Part shown: positions 40,282-50,280 of the stretch, one piece after another
Layout of the letters: the number at the start of each line of letters is the position of its first letter
Position numbering within the stretch: the first letter of the stretch is position 1
Source of the DNA: a virus
Direction: 5' to 3' (one strand)
DNA length: 64,000 bases
Virus record (IMG/VR): IMGVR_UViG_3300036853_000134
Location: 2,936 to 66,935 of that record
Position numbers and translations under genes: made by a program
Notes under the pieces: generated by a model
Databases searched by the model: none
What the model was told of the DNA's origin: nothing
What the model saw: the letters and a program-made list of their open reading frames with translations, nothing else

Positions 40282-41010
40282 CTATTTCTCCAATTCATCT
40301 GAATAGTTCGGTCGCTTTGGTATCGACGGAGGTTTCAGCCCCGACTCCCTCATCTGATCGCGTAACAAAAACACATATGCCCACGACATGTCAACGTCGT
40401 CTTTCATTATCTTAAGCAGTCGCTCTGTATGTTGCTGATCGGCTTTTAACTGACCTTGCATTTCACCCTGCCAGCGTGCGTCAGAGATTCTATTCGAGAT
40501 CGACCAGAGCGCGAGTCCCGCCAAAACGAAGATAACGATTGCTTTCAGGTAGTCATCGCCGCTCCGTGCAGCTCTTGTTACCCGCGTCCGCTCTGCCTGT
40601 CGCTCAGACTTGCGCCTAGCCAGGTGGTCCAGTTCTTCCAGGATCCCGAGTCCCGTATTCTGCGCCTTGGCGAGTACCGCGGACGCCCCAGACGTTGCGG
40701 TTAGCAGCTTGGTAAATGGGATTTGTCGATCAGTCAATATCACCCGAATGGAATCATCGTGAAAATCGCACGCCGTTATCTCTTCACTGACCTGAAACCC
40801 GTCACGGTCGCCTTTCAAACTGGCGTCGATTAACACAAACTGCGGAGCGTTATCGGACTTTACGGCTGTCTTGAACGCGGACACTCCTTGTATGCTGCCG
40901 TTGTAGGTAGTTGATTTGACGTTGACCGATTGGAATAGCGATTCCAGCGCGCCGGATAGGGCTAAATCATCCGTTATTATGTGAATTGGACCTATGACTT
41001 GGCTTTCCAT
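40282..41010 (-). CDS. Response-regulator receiver domain fused to TM plus coiled-coil membrane protein
   Basis: IITDD; PQFVLIDASLKGDRDG; VILT; GASAVLAK; then TM AIVIFVLAGLALWSI and a Pro-rich tail. Confidence 0.8.
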   Translation of the reverse strand: MESQVIGPIHIITDDLALSGALESLFQSVNVKSTTYNGSIQGVSAFKTAVKSDNAPQFVLIDASLKGDRDGFQVSEEITACDFHDDSIRVILTDRQIPFTKLLTATSGASAVLAKAQNTGLGILEELDHLARRKSERQAERTRVTRAARSGDDYLKAIVIFVLAGLALWSISNRISDARWQGEMQGQLKADQQHTERLLKIMKDDVDMSWAYVFLLRDQMRESGLKPPSIPKRPNYSDELEK

Positions 41011-41017
41011 TAAAGAC

Positions 41018-41305
41018 CTATGGGATGCGCGGAGTGTGGGCGATTATCCAGATCGCGGTTATCAGCCAGATCGTAATCTGTCCGAACCCCAAAGCACGCG
41101 TGAAGTAATGAGTTGTGATGCTCATCTCCAGATTCTTAACGGTGAGTTCCTCTTTGCGTGTCATAAGGTGAAAGATTGCCCTCGTTTCTGAAACCGCGCC
41201 CTCTACCAGGACCATTCTACGGTCGAAATCGGCCTGATCGTGCTCTATATAGGCAAGCCTTTGAAGTATCTCGCCGTACGTCTGACCCCCATTTGGTTCC
41301 GGCAT
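41018..41305 (-). CDS. XhlA/holin-like membrane protein
   Basis: Coiled coil plus C-terminal hydrophobic helix. Confidence 0.5.
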   Translation of the reverse strand: MPEPNGGQTYGEILQRLAYIEHDQADFDRRMVLVEGAVSETRAIFHLMTRKEELTVKNLEMSITTHYFTRALGFGQITIWLITAIWIIAHTPRIP

Positions 41306-41719
41306 CTAATATTCCCTCGCATAACAGATTCTCCAGATTCCTGAGCTTTCGTGTCGCCGGTACTTTGCCAGCGGTTCAATCTTAGAGCCAAGCAATATTA
41401 TTTCCCGCTTCATTTCTACGTAACTGCTGCAAATGCGGGATTTTCCGGCGCGCCAGTCGATTTCATTTCCACGGGTTTTTCCACGGCATACACCGTACTG
41501 ACCTGATCGGCGATCAGCATATGCCCGAGATGGTCGTTGCAGGCGTGCAGGAAGTTGTCATAGGTCAGATGTGGCCCGTCAAAGAATTCCCACTCAGCGT
41601 CTTTGCCGCAATCAAGGAAACAGCAGATTGGTTTATTCATATTCAACCTCAACTCTTCACAGCCGCGACTCGTCATTATTCCTTATTGAGTTATCCTATC
41701 CCGGACGCGGCTGTAAATT

Positions 41720-42250
41720 CTATTTCCCTCTCGCCGCCAACTCCGCCTTGTAATCCTTGACGTGCTGATCCAATTCCTTCTGCTGTGCCTTGTAATCCAC
41801 CGGTGCGCTACCAGCCCCGGCAGGCGCTCCATTCCCTGTAAACGCATTCCTGATCGAATTAAACAACCCCACGCCGATATTGATTGCGAGCACAAGATTG
41901 CTCCCCGCGCCGAACGTGATTGCCAGCGACGATGCCAGGGACGCCAGTGAGTTGATTTTCTGCTCAGTCGTACCGTTGAACGCGCCGTTTTGAATATCCG
42001 CGTTGATCGTCCCGGCGATGCCTAACACTTGATTGATCGCCGCCAACTCGTCGCGGAATTGGGTTTTGCCTGCGTTGACGAGCGATTGGAGCGTTGACTG
42101 GACAGCGGTTAGGGACGTGAGGACGCCGGAGCTGATGCCCTTGGCATTGAAGCCGCCGCTACCGGGGGTGTTTGGCTTTGGAGTACCGCACGCGGAGAGG
42201 GTCAGTAGGATCGCTATCAGGGAAAGGGTCAAAACTTGTTTAAGCTTCAT
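41720..42250 (-). CDS. Lipoprotein
   Basis: MKLKQVLTLSLIAILLTLSA|C lipobox (approximate start). Confidence 0.75.
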   Translation of the reverse strand: MKLKQVLTLSLIAILLTLSACGTPKPNTPGSGGFNAKGISSGVLTSLTAVQSTLQSLVNAGKTQFRDELAAINQVLGIAGTINADIQNGAFNGTTEQKINSLASLASSLAITFGAGSNLVLAINIGVGLFNSIRNAFTGNGAPAGAGSAPVDYKAQQKELDQHVKDYKAELAARGK

Positions 42251-42568
42251 AGATTCCTTTGTATCAAAAAGATGCGCGACAAGCACCGTAAGAGCCAGTT
42301 TGGCACAGGTTGCGTTTTAGTACAACAATAAATTACTACAGGTCGAACAGCGTCCCCTGCGCATGCCACTCTATCGCATGCTCCCATGTCCCGTAAAACT
42401 TATCCCGCGCGCTCTCCCGCTGGCTTTTCAGGACGCGACCGCCGCGATGCCTGTAATCGAAGATGCCCAGGCGGAATACGCGCTCCTCTACGGGAATCTT
42501 TTTCTGTGCCGCAAGCTCCAGCCGGGCAACAGCGGGTTCACGACCGTCACAAAAATGGCAGAGACATG

Positions 42569-42919
42569 TCATACGGCTAACTCGTATCCATCATCGGTCG
42601 GACGAATAAATTTGACCGGCTTCTTATATTCATCGGCGATCAATATTTCCGCGCTGATACCTTTGGATTCCCGCCAACCATCAATCATCAGTATCCAAAG
42701 TTCGTCACAGCGGGATATGAATTCCGTATCGAACTTGCGCCAGAATCCCCAATCGCCGGGCATCATGAACAAAACGGCTATTGGATGATTATGAACTATG
42801 GGCGAAAAAACGACCGTATCGTTTTGCGTATAGAACGCGACGCATTGAAGGGCGGCATGGTAGCGCGCCTCTCTTATGCCAGGGTCTTTGTGTGAGTATG
42901 GCGACGCAAGATAAATCAC
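42569..42919 (-). CDS. DUF1937 / nucleoside deoxyribosyltransferase-like protein
   Basis: MIYLASPYSH...FSPIVHNH...GWRESKGISAE. Confidence 0.85.
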   Translation of the reverse strand: MIYLASPYSHKDPGIREARYHAALQCVAFYTQNDTVVFSPIVHNHPIAVLFMMPGDWGFWRKFDTEFISRCDELWILMIDGWRESKGISAEILIADEYKKPVKFIRPTDDGYELAV

Positions 42920-45222
42920 GCGGTTTCCTCCATGTTCTCAATTCCGGCAAACAGCCCCTGAGCGCCAGACGCATAAATAGCGCGCTCCATATTCTTGCTG
43001 GCGGCTCTGAAATATTCCGGCTTTAATTCGCAGCCGATACCTTTGCGTCCAAGTAGCAGTGATTGATAAACCTCAGTGCCAATACCAAGAAAAGGGGTCA
43101 GGACTATTTCACCGGGATTTGACCACAATCGCACGCACCTTTCAACGGTCTCTAATTGAAGTGGTGCAATATGTCGCTCATCCTCTTGCCCCCGACCTTC
43201 CGCCGCGCTCAACGTTGCGGTTTCTTTTATGTCGTACCAGACGGGATGCGCCCATTTGATCCATTGTTCGTGACTCACGTCGGGATGGATTGCAACTTCG
43301 TTTTCACCGGGCTTGTGGAATATCAGAATATAATCTGCAAGCGCAGGGCGCAGCCAGCTCGAATCTTTTCGCAACTGGACGAACATCAGGCTTTTCGATT
43401 TCGTTCTAATTGCCTGTGATTGCGGGTTCTTTTGTATACAAATCTCCCCATAATATATAAAGCCTTTGTCGATAAAATGCCTGATTGTTTCCCCGCGAAA
43501 ATCCATCATTCCGATGTAACCGTCCCGACCCTTCATCATTGGGATTTGCGCGACGTGAACACACATTGAGCGGCCGGGCTTGAGCACGCGGAGCATATTT
43601 GACGAGATGAATTGAAAGTGCTCCCAGAATTCCGTCATCGTTTTACAGTTACCCAGATCCCTTTCGGTTGCCGAATAAGTGAATAGCGACCCGAATGGCG
43701 GAGAGTAAACCGAAAGATCAATGGAATTGTCAGGCAGTCCCGCAAGCACTTCGCAGGAATCACCGTGATAGATTGAATAGTCGTCGCCGTGTTTCTGGTT
43801 CATCACCTGAACATCAGCCGCTTTGGTGCCGAGCCATTTTGGTATTTGCATTGGCTGTACCGCGTCGTAATCCAGACGCGTCGTAACTTGTCCAATTTCC
43901 GCTTTCTCAAATTCGGCAACGTGTTTGATTAGCTCTTTCGTCATCGTGTCCGCCTCTCTCTCTTTTCGCAAAACGTTATCAAAAATATCCATTTCAATAT
44001 CGGTCAGCACAATATAAACATTGACCGGCCGTGTTTGACCGAATCGCCACTCGCGCCGGATACCCTGAAAATATTCCTCATAGCTGTCATTCATTCCAAG
44101 GAAGAGCATGCGCGCGGCCGATTGAAAGTTCATCCCCTGCCCGGCAATCTTAGGCTTACTTATCATCGTCTTGACTTCGCCCCGACCGAAGCCCATCAGG
44201 GTTTCCGTTTTACGCTCGATTGAATCACTGCCCTGAACGTTGACCGCATTGCCCAGTGCTTTTGCCAGCGCATCAGCTTCATCGTTCAGTCCGCACCAAA
44301 TCAGCCATTGCTCATCCGGTTCTCGCTGGATTATTTCGACGGCCGCCTTGACCCGCTCGGCGATTGTTGATTTACGGACCTTTGCGCGGTCACCTACACC
44401 ATGCAGACGGGTCGGGAATAATTGCCCATCGGGAACATAAGTTGACGGGACGACAACGGGAATGATGCTCAACTCCGGCAAATCATATCCAGTGTCATCA
44501 TGTCCAATATCCGATGGCTTGAGCAGCGACATTGCCCAGGATGCAAGCCACTTGTGGAACGCATCACGTCCATGTTTTTTCAATCGCCAGCCATCTTCGT
44601 CATGAACAAAAAACGTCGATAGCATTTCCGTTCGTGTCATCACGCCAAGGAATTCGGCATGGTTCGCAATCTCCGAGATATCATTAGGGGCAGGTGTGGC
44701 TGTACAGCAAAGACGCAGCGGAATTACAGAGCAAAGCTTTATCAGTAAAGATCGGCGTTTGCCTTCAAAATGCTTCAGGCAGCTTGATTCGTCCAGAACG
44801 ACCGCGCCGAATTTCGACATATTGAAATGCTCAATCATCTCGTAATTGATAATCGTGATACCGGATTCCGGCGACTCTTCCATCTTGCGCGCATACGTGA
44901 CCTTGATGCCCCACCTCGCGCCTTCTTCAACAGTTTGATGAGCAACCGCAAGCGGAGCGATTACAAGCGAGCGTCGCGCGGCCAGTTCGGCCCAGGACAA
45001 CTGCATAATCGTCTTGCCAAGGCCAGTGGTAGCGAAAAGCGCGGATCGTCCTTTACGCAGTGACCATCGCACTAAATCACGTTGAAACGGAAATAGATTC
45101 TTATTTAAGTCAGCGGCGTCAACCTCAAATCCGGCCGCAGATGCAACGACAGCTTTCGTTGAAAGAAACTCTTGATAAGAACTTGATATTGCGTTAGATT
45201 GCTCAACAGGCATTTGATTCAC
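42916..45222 (-). CDS. SNF2-like helicase fused to an N4C/N6A DNA methyltransferase
   Basis: TGLGKT, VLDESS, TATPAPND, GQGMNFQ, WRFGQ; then SVYSPPF and TPFLGIGTE. Confidence 0.9.
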   Translation of the reverse strand: MNQMPVEQSNAISSSYQEFLSTKAVVASAAGFEVDAADLNKNLFPFQRDLVRWSLRKGRSALFATTGLGKTIMQLSWAELAARRSLVIAPLAVAHQTVEEGARWGIKVTYARKMEESPESGITIINYEMIEHFNMSKFGAVVLDESSCLKHFEGKRRSLLIKLCSVIPLRLCCTATPAPNDISEIANHAEFLGVMTRTEMLSTFFVHDEDGWRLKKHGRDAFHKWLASWAMSLLKPSDIGHDDTGYDLPELSIIPVVVPSTYVPDGQLFPTRLHGVGDRAKVRKSTIAERVKAAVEIIQREPDEQWLIWCGLNDEADALAKALGNAVNVQGSDSIERKTETLMGFGRGEVKTMISKPKIAGQGMNFQSAARMLFLGMNDSYEEYFQGIRREWRFGQTRPVNVYIVLTDIEMDIFDNVLRKEREADTMTKELIKHVAEFEKAEIGQVTTRLDYDAVQPMQIPKWLGTKAADVQVMNQKHGDDYSIYHGDSCEVLAGLPDNSIDLSVYSPPFGSLFTYSATERDLGNCKTMTEFWEHFQFISSNMLRVLKPGRSMCVHVAQIPMMKGRDGYIGMMDFRGETIRHFIDKGFIYYGEICIQKNPQSQAIRTKSKSLMFVQLRKDSSWLRPALADYILIFHKPGENEVAIHPDVSHEQWIKWAHPVWYDIKETATLSAAEGRGQEDERHIAPLQLETVERCVRLWSNPGEIVLTPFLGIGTEVYQSLLLGRKGIGCELKPEYFRAASKNMERAIYASGAQGLFAGIENMEETA

Positions 45223-45643
45223 TCTCCTACTAGGGTGATGAAATTGATTAGGGCCGGAAAGAAGTTATCAGCGACTTTCTGGCCTGAAACATCTTAACAT
45301 AACCCCTTGCGATTACAAGCGAAATCCACCGCCCCGGCTCGTGCTCAACATCCGGCGCGTCAAATGCGTCGAAGAGGGCGGTCATTGGTAATCCCCTAGA
45401 TCATCCGGCCATTCGTTCAGATACGCAGCGATTAACGTTCGCACGGCAACCATATGATCGGATTTCCAGCAACTCGTACAGGTTTCAGCGCCAGACACCT
45501 TAAGGCATTTCGTACAGGCCCACGGGCCAGTATATTCATCCTCTAGCCGCTTGTATTCTGCGTATTCGGCGTCACGCTGAGCCTGAGTCTTACGCGCCAT
45601 CTCGCGCTCCTTTGCCGGGTGGCGGTCCCCGGCTTTGGTTATG

Positions 45644-45958
45644 CTAAAAATCGCCCGTTGCGAAAAATCCCTTCGTCTCGCCAGCGGCTATTTTTCGGTT
45701 CAATTGCTCCCGATACGTCCGGCGCTCGGACGCTTCAGGGTCAGTTAAATCATCCAGGAATTCCATCAGATCGAGCTCGGCCGGCGTTAGAGATCGCGGA
45801 ATATCATTCGGTAGCGCATCAAAAACATCGTCCTTGTCGATACCGTAGTCTTCGCAATCATACAGCGCCTCTTCGAGTGTGACACCGATACCCCAATAGC
45901 TGTCCGTGATTTCCCAAACCTTTACCACGTTGTCGGGCATGTAATCTCCTTTATTCAT
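45644..45958 (-). CDS. Acidic hypothetical protein
   Basis: Operon-coupled ORF. Confidence 0.5.
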   Translation of the reverse strand: MNKGDYMPDNVVKVWEITDSYWGIGVTLEEALYDCEDYGIDKDDVFDALPNDIPRSLTPAELDLMEFLDDLTDPEASERRTYREQLNRKIAAGETKGFFATGDF

Positions 45959-46725
45959 TTCCCCGCCAAAGCTGCGTCGGCTTCGCGGGCGGCTAACGGA
46001 GCAGCCTTGTCCAATTCGGCCGCCGCCTTTTCACCTGCTGTTATCAGTCGATATTTCGTCGCTTCAATCTGTCGACCTTCCCTGAATGCTTCCAACTGAC
46101 GCGCCCCGGATGCCGTAAGCTGCCCTGTTGATCCGCTAAACGGCAAACGCTTTTCAATCACATCGTCGCCGCTGACCAAATAGACCGGTTGCCAGTATTC
46201 AGCCATCTGAACATTCCATTTGCCGACCGATTGCCGGTTTGAGCATTCAGCCTTTCCAGGAAAGTACAAAGGCGTTGATTGATCCGCCGTCCGCTGACCG
46301 ATTTTGTAATTCGTGGCAAACGTGCGCTTCCGATTCGCAATCATCTCATCTGACAGCGTGTAAAGTTCGTTCGCGCAGTTCGTCCAAGTCGTGAAAGTCT
46401 TCTGCATAGCATAAGCCATTGCAGCATCCTGAAAACAAACGGAGTCCATCTCTCCTGCTTTGCGATAAGCTTTGTTGAGTAGATTCCATGCGTTCTGTAT
46501 CTGATCCTCTAACGAGCCCTCACACAGCTCGCGGATTTCAGCGGGTTTCGGAAAGAACTTGCCTGTACGGATAATTGCCCCGGCGGCCTTCTCAATCGCG
46601 CCAATCGGTAAATCTTCCAGCGCCGTGAAATACGCCAGCGTCAAGCTATCGGACGGTTGTTTCTCAAACACGTTCGCTATGCTGCCCAGGATTTCACCGA
46701 ATTTGTCAGCGTCTTTAGTTTCCAC
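45955..46725 (-). CDS. Replication helicase loader/inhibitor-like (DUF6475-type) protein
   Basis: GTG start; YFTALEDLP...FFPKPAEIRE...AW...SVCFQD. Confidence 0.7.
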   Translation of the reverse strand: METKDADKFGEILGSIANVFEKQPSDSLTLAYFTALEDLPIGAIEKAAGAIIRTGKFFPKPAEIRELCEGSLEDQIQNAWNLLNKAYRKAGEMDSVCFQDAAMAYAMQKTFTTWTNCANELYTLSDEMIANRKRTFATNYKIGQRTADQSTPLYFPGKAECSNRQSVGKWNVQMAEYWQPVYLVSGDDVIEKRLPFSGSTGQLTASGARQLEAFREGRQIEATKYRLITAGEKAAAELDKAAPLAAREADAALAGK

Positions 46726-47140
46726 GATTCTTGATCCTTTCGATTCCCCGCTGTATACCGTCAACCATTGTCGCTGTTTTCTGATCGGTATAGTTACCGT
46801 TCGCCACCGGGACGTTGATCGGCTTGCCGAACCTGTCACGCGGGCTACAGACAAACGCTGCGTAGTTGCAACATAGGTCAGCCAGAGTGTGCTTTCCTTG
46901 CGGGGTCAGGAAATAGTTACTTATCGCCTTGCACCAGCGCTCCATTACGATAGCGCCTTCGTGCAGCTTTAATAGTTTATTGAGATGAACAAAGTCGAAC
47001 GCCTGACGCTGATACGGTTCGCCGTCATACCGGAGTTTAAATCCATCTTCAAATGCGTCAGAATATATATTTCGGGGTCGTGGGGGTCTGGGTTTCGGTG
47101 TCTCATTAGTTACAAGCGCAAGATGTTTTTTTGCTCGCAT
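46715..47140 (-). CDS. Replication initiator C-terminal-like protein
   Basis: Short protein directly upstream of the loader gene; F-----Y, W--AI-NY pattern. Confidence 0.45.
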   Translation of the reverse strand: MRAKKHLALVTNETPKPRPPRPRNIYSDAFEDGFKLRYDGEPYQRQAFDFVHLNKLLKLHEGAIVMERWCKAISNYFLTPQGKHTLADLCCNYAAFVCSPRDRFGKPINVPVANGNYTDQKTATMVDGIQRGIERIKNRGN

Positions 47141-47257
47141 TTGGGAAGAAGCTCGACTTTCATCTCGAAACTCAATATCTTGTTAGGCTATTGACTATCT
47201 TCGCCGTAGCAGAAGACCGAAAGTCAAGTCAGACGAAAATAAATCAACAGCCTAATT

Positions 47258-47935
47258 CTATTGCGGCGAATACCTGGCCGCGAATCTTAAAACTGCGTGA
47301 AATTGTCCCTTTTCCAGCATTGCAATCTTCCGCTCTTCACGCTGTCGAAGTTTTTCATACCCGGCGTTTAGGTTGACGAATGTAATCTCTTTCGGTTTCT
47401 TCGACTTTGAGACCTGCTCTTTAAACCGGTCTAGTCGCTTTCGCTTGCCCTTGAGCACGCCAAACTTTAAGCATCTGCGAATCCGTTTCGTTTCTCTCGC
47501 CAGATACCTATCACGCATCCGCTGCCATTCGACTGGATGGATATGGGCGAACCGCTTAAATTGCCAGTCGCGTGCGTTTTGCTCATCTTCGGTTTGAAGC
47601 GTTTTTATGTAGGTCAGCAGCGTAAGAAGCTCATTCTCTCTTTCGATTTCATAAAAGAGAATGCCATGCTTTGAGCATAGATCGCGCTTCTGCTTATCAA
47701 CAGAAAGCTGGCGCTTAAACCCCTCAATATCTTTGTGGAAAAACGGATTGTATTGTGAATGCTGGACGCCTTGAACCTCTACCGCGATTCTTAAATCTTC
47801 GATATATAAGTCAAGTTCCATAGGCTTGCCTAGGTCGGATTTGAGCCAGTCAAAACGGTGATTTTCTTTGACTACCAAACCCTCGATACAATTAAGACGG
47901 CGCGTGGCTTCTTCTTGTAATTTGGAACTTCCCAA
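47258..47935 (-). CDS. PD-(D/E)XK (Vsr/DUF559-like) endonuclease
   Basis: ELDLYIEDLRIAVEVQGVQH...D--KRDLC--HGI. Confidence 0.75.
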   Translation of the reverse strand: MGSSKLQEEATRRLNCIEGLVVKENHRFDWLKSDLGKPMELDLYIEDLRIAVEVQGVQHSQYNPFFHKDIEGFKRQLSVDKQKRDLCSKHGILFYEIERENELLTLLTYIKTLQTEDEQNARDWQFKRFAHIHPVEWQRMRDRYLARETKRIRRCLKFGVLKGKRKRLDRFKEQVSKSKKPKEITFVNLNAGYEKLRQREERKIAMLEKGQFHAVLRFAARYSPQ

Positions 47936-47939
47936 ATTG

Positions 47940-48132
47940 AAAAACCTCCGAACTTTATTCAGGCGGTGCGGTGAACGTGAACAGTTGCGTGGTTAATGCA
48001 AAAGCCCGCGTCCGCCTGAATAAAATCCAGAGGTCGTCGGAGTTCACGTTCAGACTGTGCCCGACCGGAACCACCCGATCAGTATCCCTTTCAGGACTCC
48101 CCTATTATCCACAAAACCGCATTCCCGCGCAA
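47940..48132 (-). promoter_or_regulatory. Promoter and structured leader with crossing inverted repeats
   Basis: TTGCGC-17-GATAAT; 13-bp and 11-bp inverted repeats; U-tract. Confidence 0.6.
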
Positions 48133-48831
48133 CAGAAAAGTAGCGTCAGCCCAATTTATCGCGGGCGGTTAGTCGTTTTTCGGCGTTCCTTTGATTTTCC
48201 AATGCTCATCGCGAAATATTCCTACGAACGGCTTCTCGATTGGCAGTCTATTCACAACCTCTTGCAGCTTCGATCCAATGGATTCATCGCGGTATCGAAT
48301 CGCCATCCGCCGCAGATACAGCCACCTGTCGTCTTCTCTGCCTTCCACGGACAACCGCAACGCGTGGAACAGATCGGTTAGTATTTTCTGGCGGCGTGAT
48401 TCGTGGCCGTCCTCAATGAATTTACTTTCCTTTGGCATTATATTCTCCCACTTTCCAGCACCTTCAAGCACGCCTCACACGTCGCTTTGCTCGCATCACC
48501 CGTCCACGTATTCGGCGCGGTAATCGCAACAGGTACGGGGCTGTGCAACGCGGACACGCCGCCAAGGGCTACCATCGATGCGATACATACAACGGGCTTC
48601 TTGATTGATTTTGATTTAACTGGCATTTAATCCTCCATTGAATGGGCAATCGAATTCACAATATTCAGAACCGGCCCCAGTGCAATATCCATCTGGGGTT
48701 TTTCCGCAGAGGCCGACCGCTATCCCGAACTCCGTCCGTTCCTCGTCTTCGTCGCATCCTTCGCAGTCGTTGTCCGCATAGGGAAAGTAGTCGGACGGTG
48801 GATCGTCTTCAGAATCATCGTAAAAGCCCAT

Positions 48832-49275
48832 CTACGCCGCCTTTCCCTCTTGAAACTCTGTCGCCGTCATCCCCGTCAGCCGCCTAAACGTCCGGCTGAA
48901 GAAGTGGCTGTCCTCAAACCCGCACGCGTATGCAATCTGCTTAATGCTCTTATCCGTCGTGCTCATCATCAGCTTGGCCTTCTGAATCCGCCGCGTGTTA
49001 ACCAGTGTCGGCAGGCCAGCGCCGAGGTATTTGTTTATCAGTGTCGATACGCGGGGAAACGACAGGCTGAACTCCGCCGCGATGAATTCAACACACATGT
49101 TCTCGTTCGCAAACTCTTTTTCAATGAACGCCAGTATCCGCGCCGCTAATTCCTTGTCGCTCGCATCGCCTGGTATCAGCGAGATACGCTTTTGCAGGAG
49201 CATATCAATTGTTGAGTAATGCCCGCCGATCAGAGAATCAATTTCCGTTATCGCGTCTTTTGTTGCTTGATCCAT
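48832..49275 (-). CDS. AraC/XylS family HTH regulator
   Basis: IAAEFSLS...RIQKAKLMM...SIKQIAYACGFEDSHFFSRTFRRLTGMTATEF. Confidence 0.9.
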   Translation of the reverse strand: MDQATKDAITEIDSLIGGHYSTIDMLLQKRISLIPGDASDKELAARILAFIEKEFANENMCVEFIAAEFSLSFPRVSTLINKYLGAGLPTLVNTRRIQKAKLMMSTTDKSIKQIAYACGFEDSHFFSRTFRRLTGMTATEFQEGKAA

Positions 49276-49288
49276 TTGCCCTCACTTT

Positions 49289-49747
49289 CTATCCGATCAC
49301 CTGCTCAATAACCCAGTTTCCTTTTATTCTCTGCACTAGATAAACCGGCCATAATGACATCTTCGCAAACATTCGCAATTTCACCCGGCCGCCTTCGGTC
49401 ATAAAACCCTTAACCTGTCGCTCCTGTATTGATCCGTCTCGCAATTCGACCAGAAAGTCAGATCGGTAATGAACGCCTTGCGCCAGCTTGAATGATGCAA
49501 ACTCAAACCGATACGCGATAACCTCACCCGCAAGAATCTCGGCGTCAATATGCCGTGCGTATGCGGCCTCCAGTTTATTCATCTGACCCGATTTGTGACC
49601 GCCCAGTTTTGCGCGGCCGGCTGGTTCTTTTACCGGCTTGTTGTACAGCGGATCACGAGTAAGCGGGAGTGGCGTACGATTCCGGCCAGCCTTCACCCGC
49701 GCTTGATGTGCAGCGATTTCAGCTTCACTCATCTCAAATCTACTCAT
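49289..49747 (-). CDS. DUF1064-like PD-(D/E)XK nuclease
   Basis: MNKLEAAY...Y-SDF...VKGF. Confidence 0.7.
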   Translation of the reverse strand: MSRFEMSEAEIAAHQARVKAGRNRTPLPLTRDPLYNKPVKEPAGRAKLGGHKSGQMNKLEAAYARHIDAEILAGEVIAYRFEFASFKLAQGVHYRSDFLVELRDGSIQERQVKGFMTEGGRVKLRMFAKMSLWPVYLVQRIKGNWVIEQVIG

Positions 49748-50280
49748 TAAAATCCTCTTCCCAGACGCGCCCGCACTTTGAGCATTTACAGTCGTCCACG
49801 ATGATCCGGCGTCCGCAATGAAACGAATAATCAGGATGATTGCCCACTACGACGCGGCTCTTGGCGTGGAATATCACGCACCAAATTGATCTGAACATTA
49901 CCCCTCCTAATCCCTGTCGTACCTATCAAAATCCGGTTGCCCTTCCGCGCGCTCGACCCGTTCGCAACAGACAAGGCAAAGGTGGCCGCCGCAAATCATG
50001 CAATCTTCTTCGCAAAGATTTTCCCGGCCGCAATGTTCGCAAGTGTCCATACCCACCTACCTTTCCAGTTTCCTCAACTCTCGTATCTGAACCGCCTCGC
50101 TCTGATTCGCCGCCAGCCATTTACTCGCTAATTCAAGCTGTCGCGGGAAAGACGCGGGCGTGCCCTTTGCCGCAATCGGAGCGGTCACGATCTTGCGTGA
50201 GCGCCGCGGCGAGCCTTTGACGAACAGGCGACCGTCGAGCTTCGCCTGTTGACGCTCGCGCTTGGCCTGTAATAGTTGCG

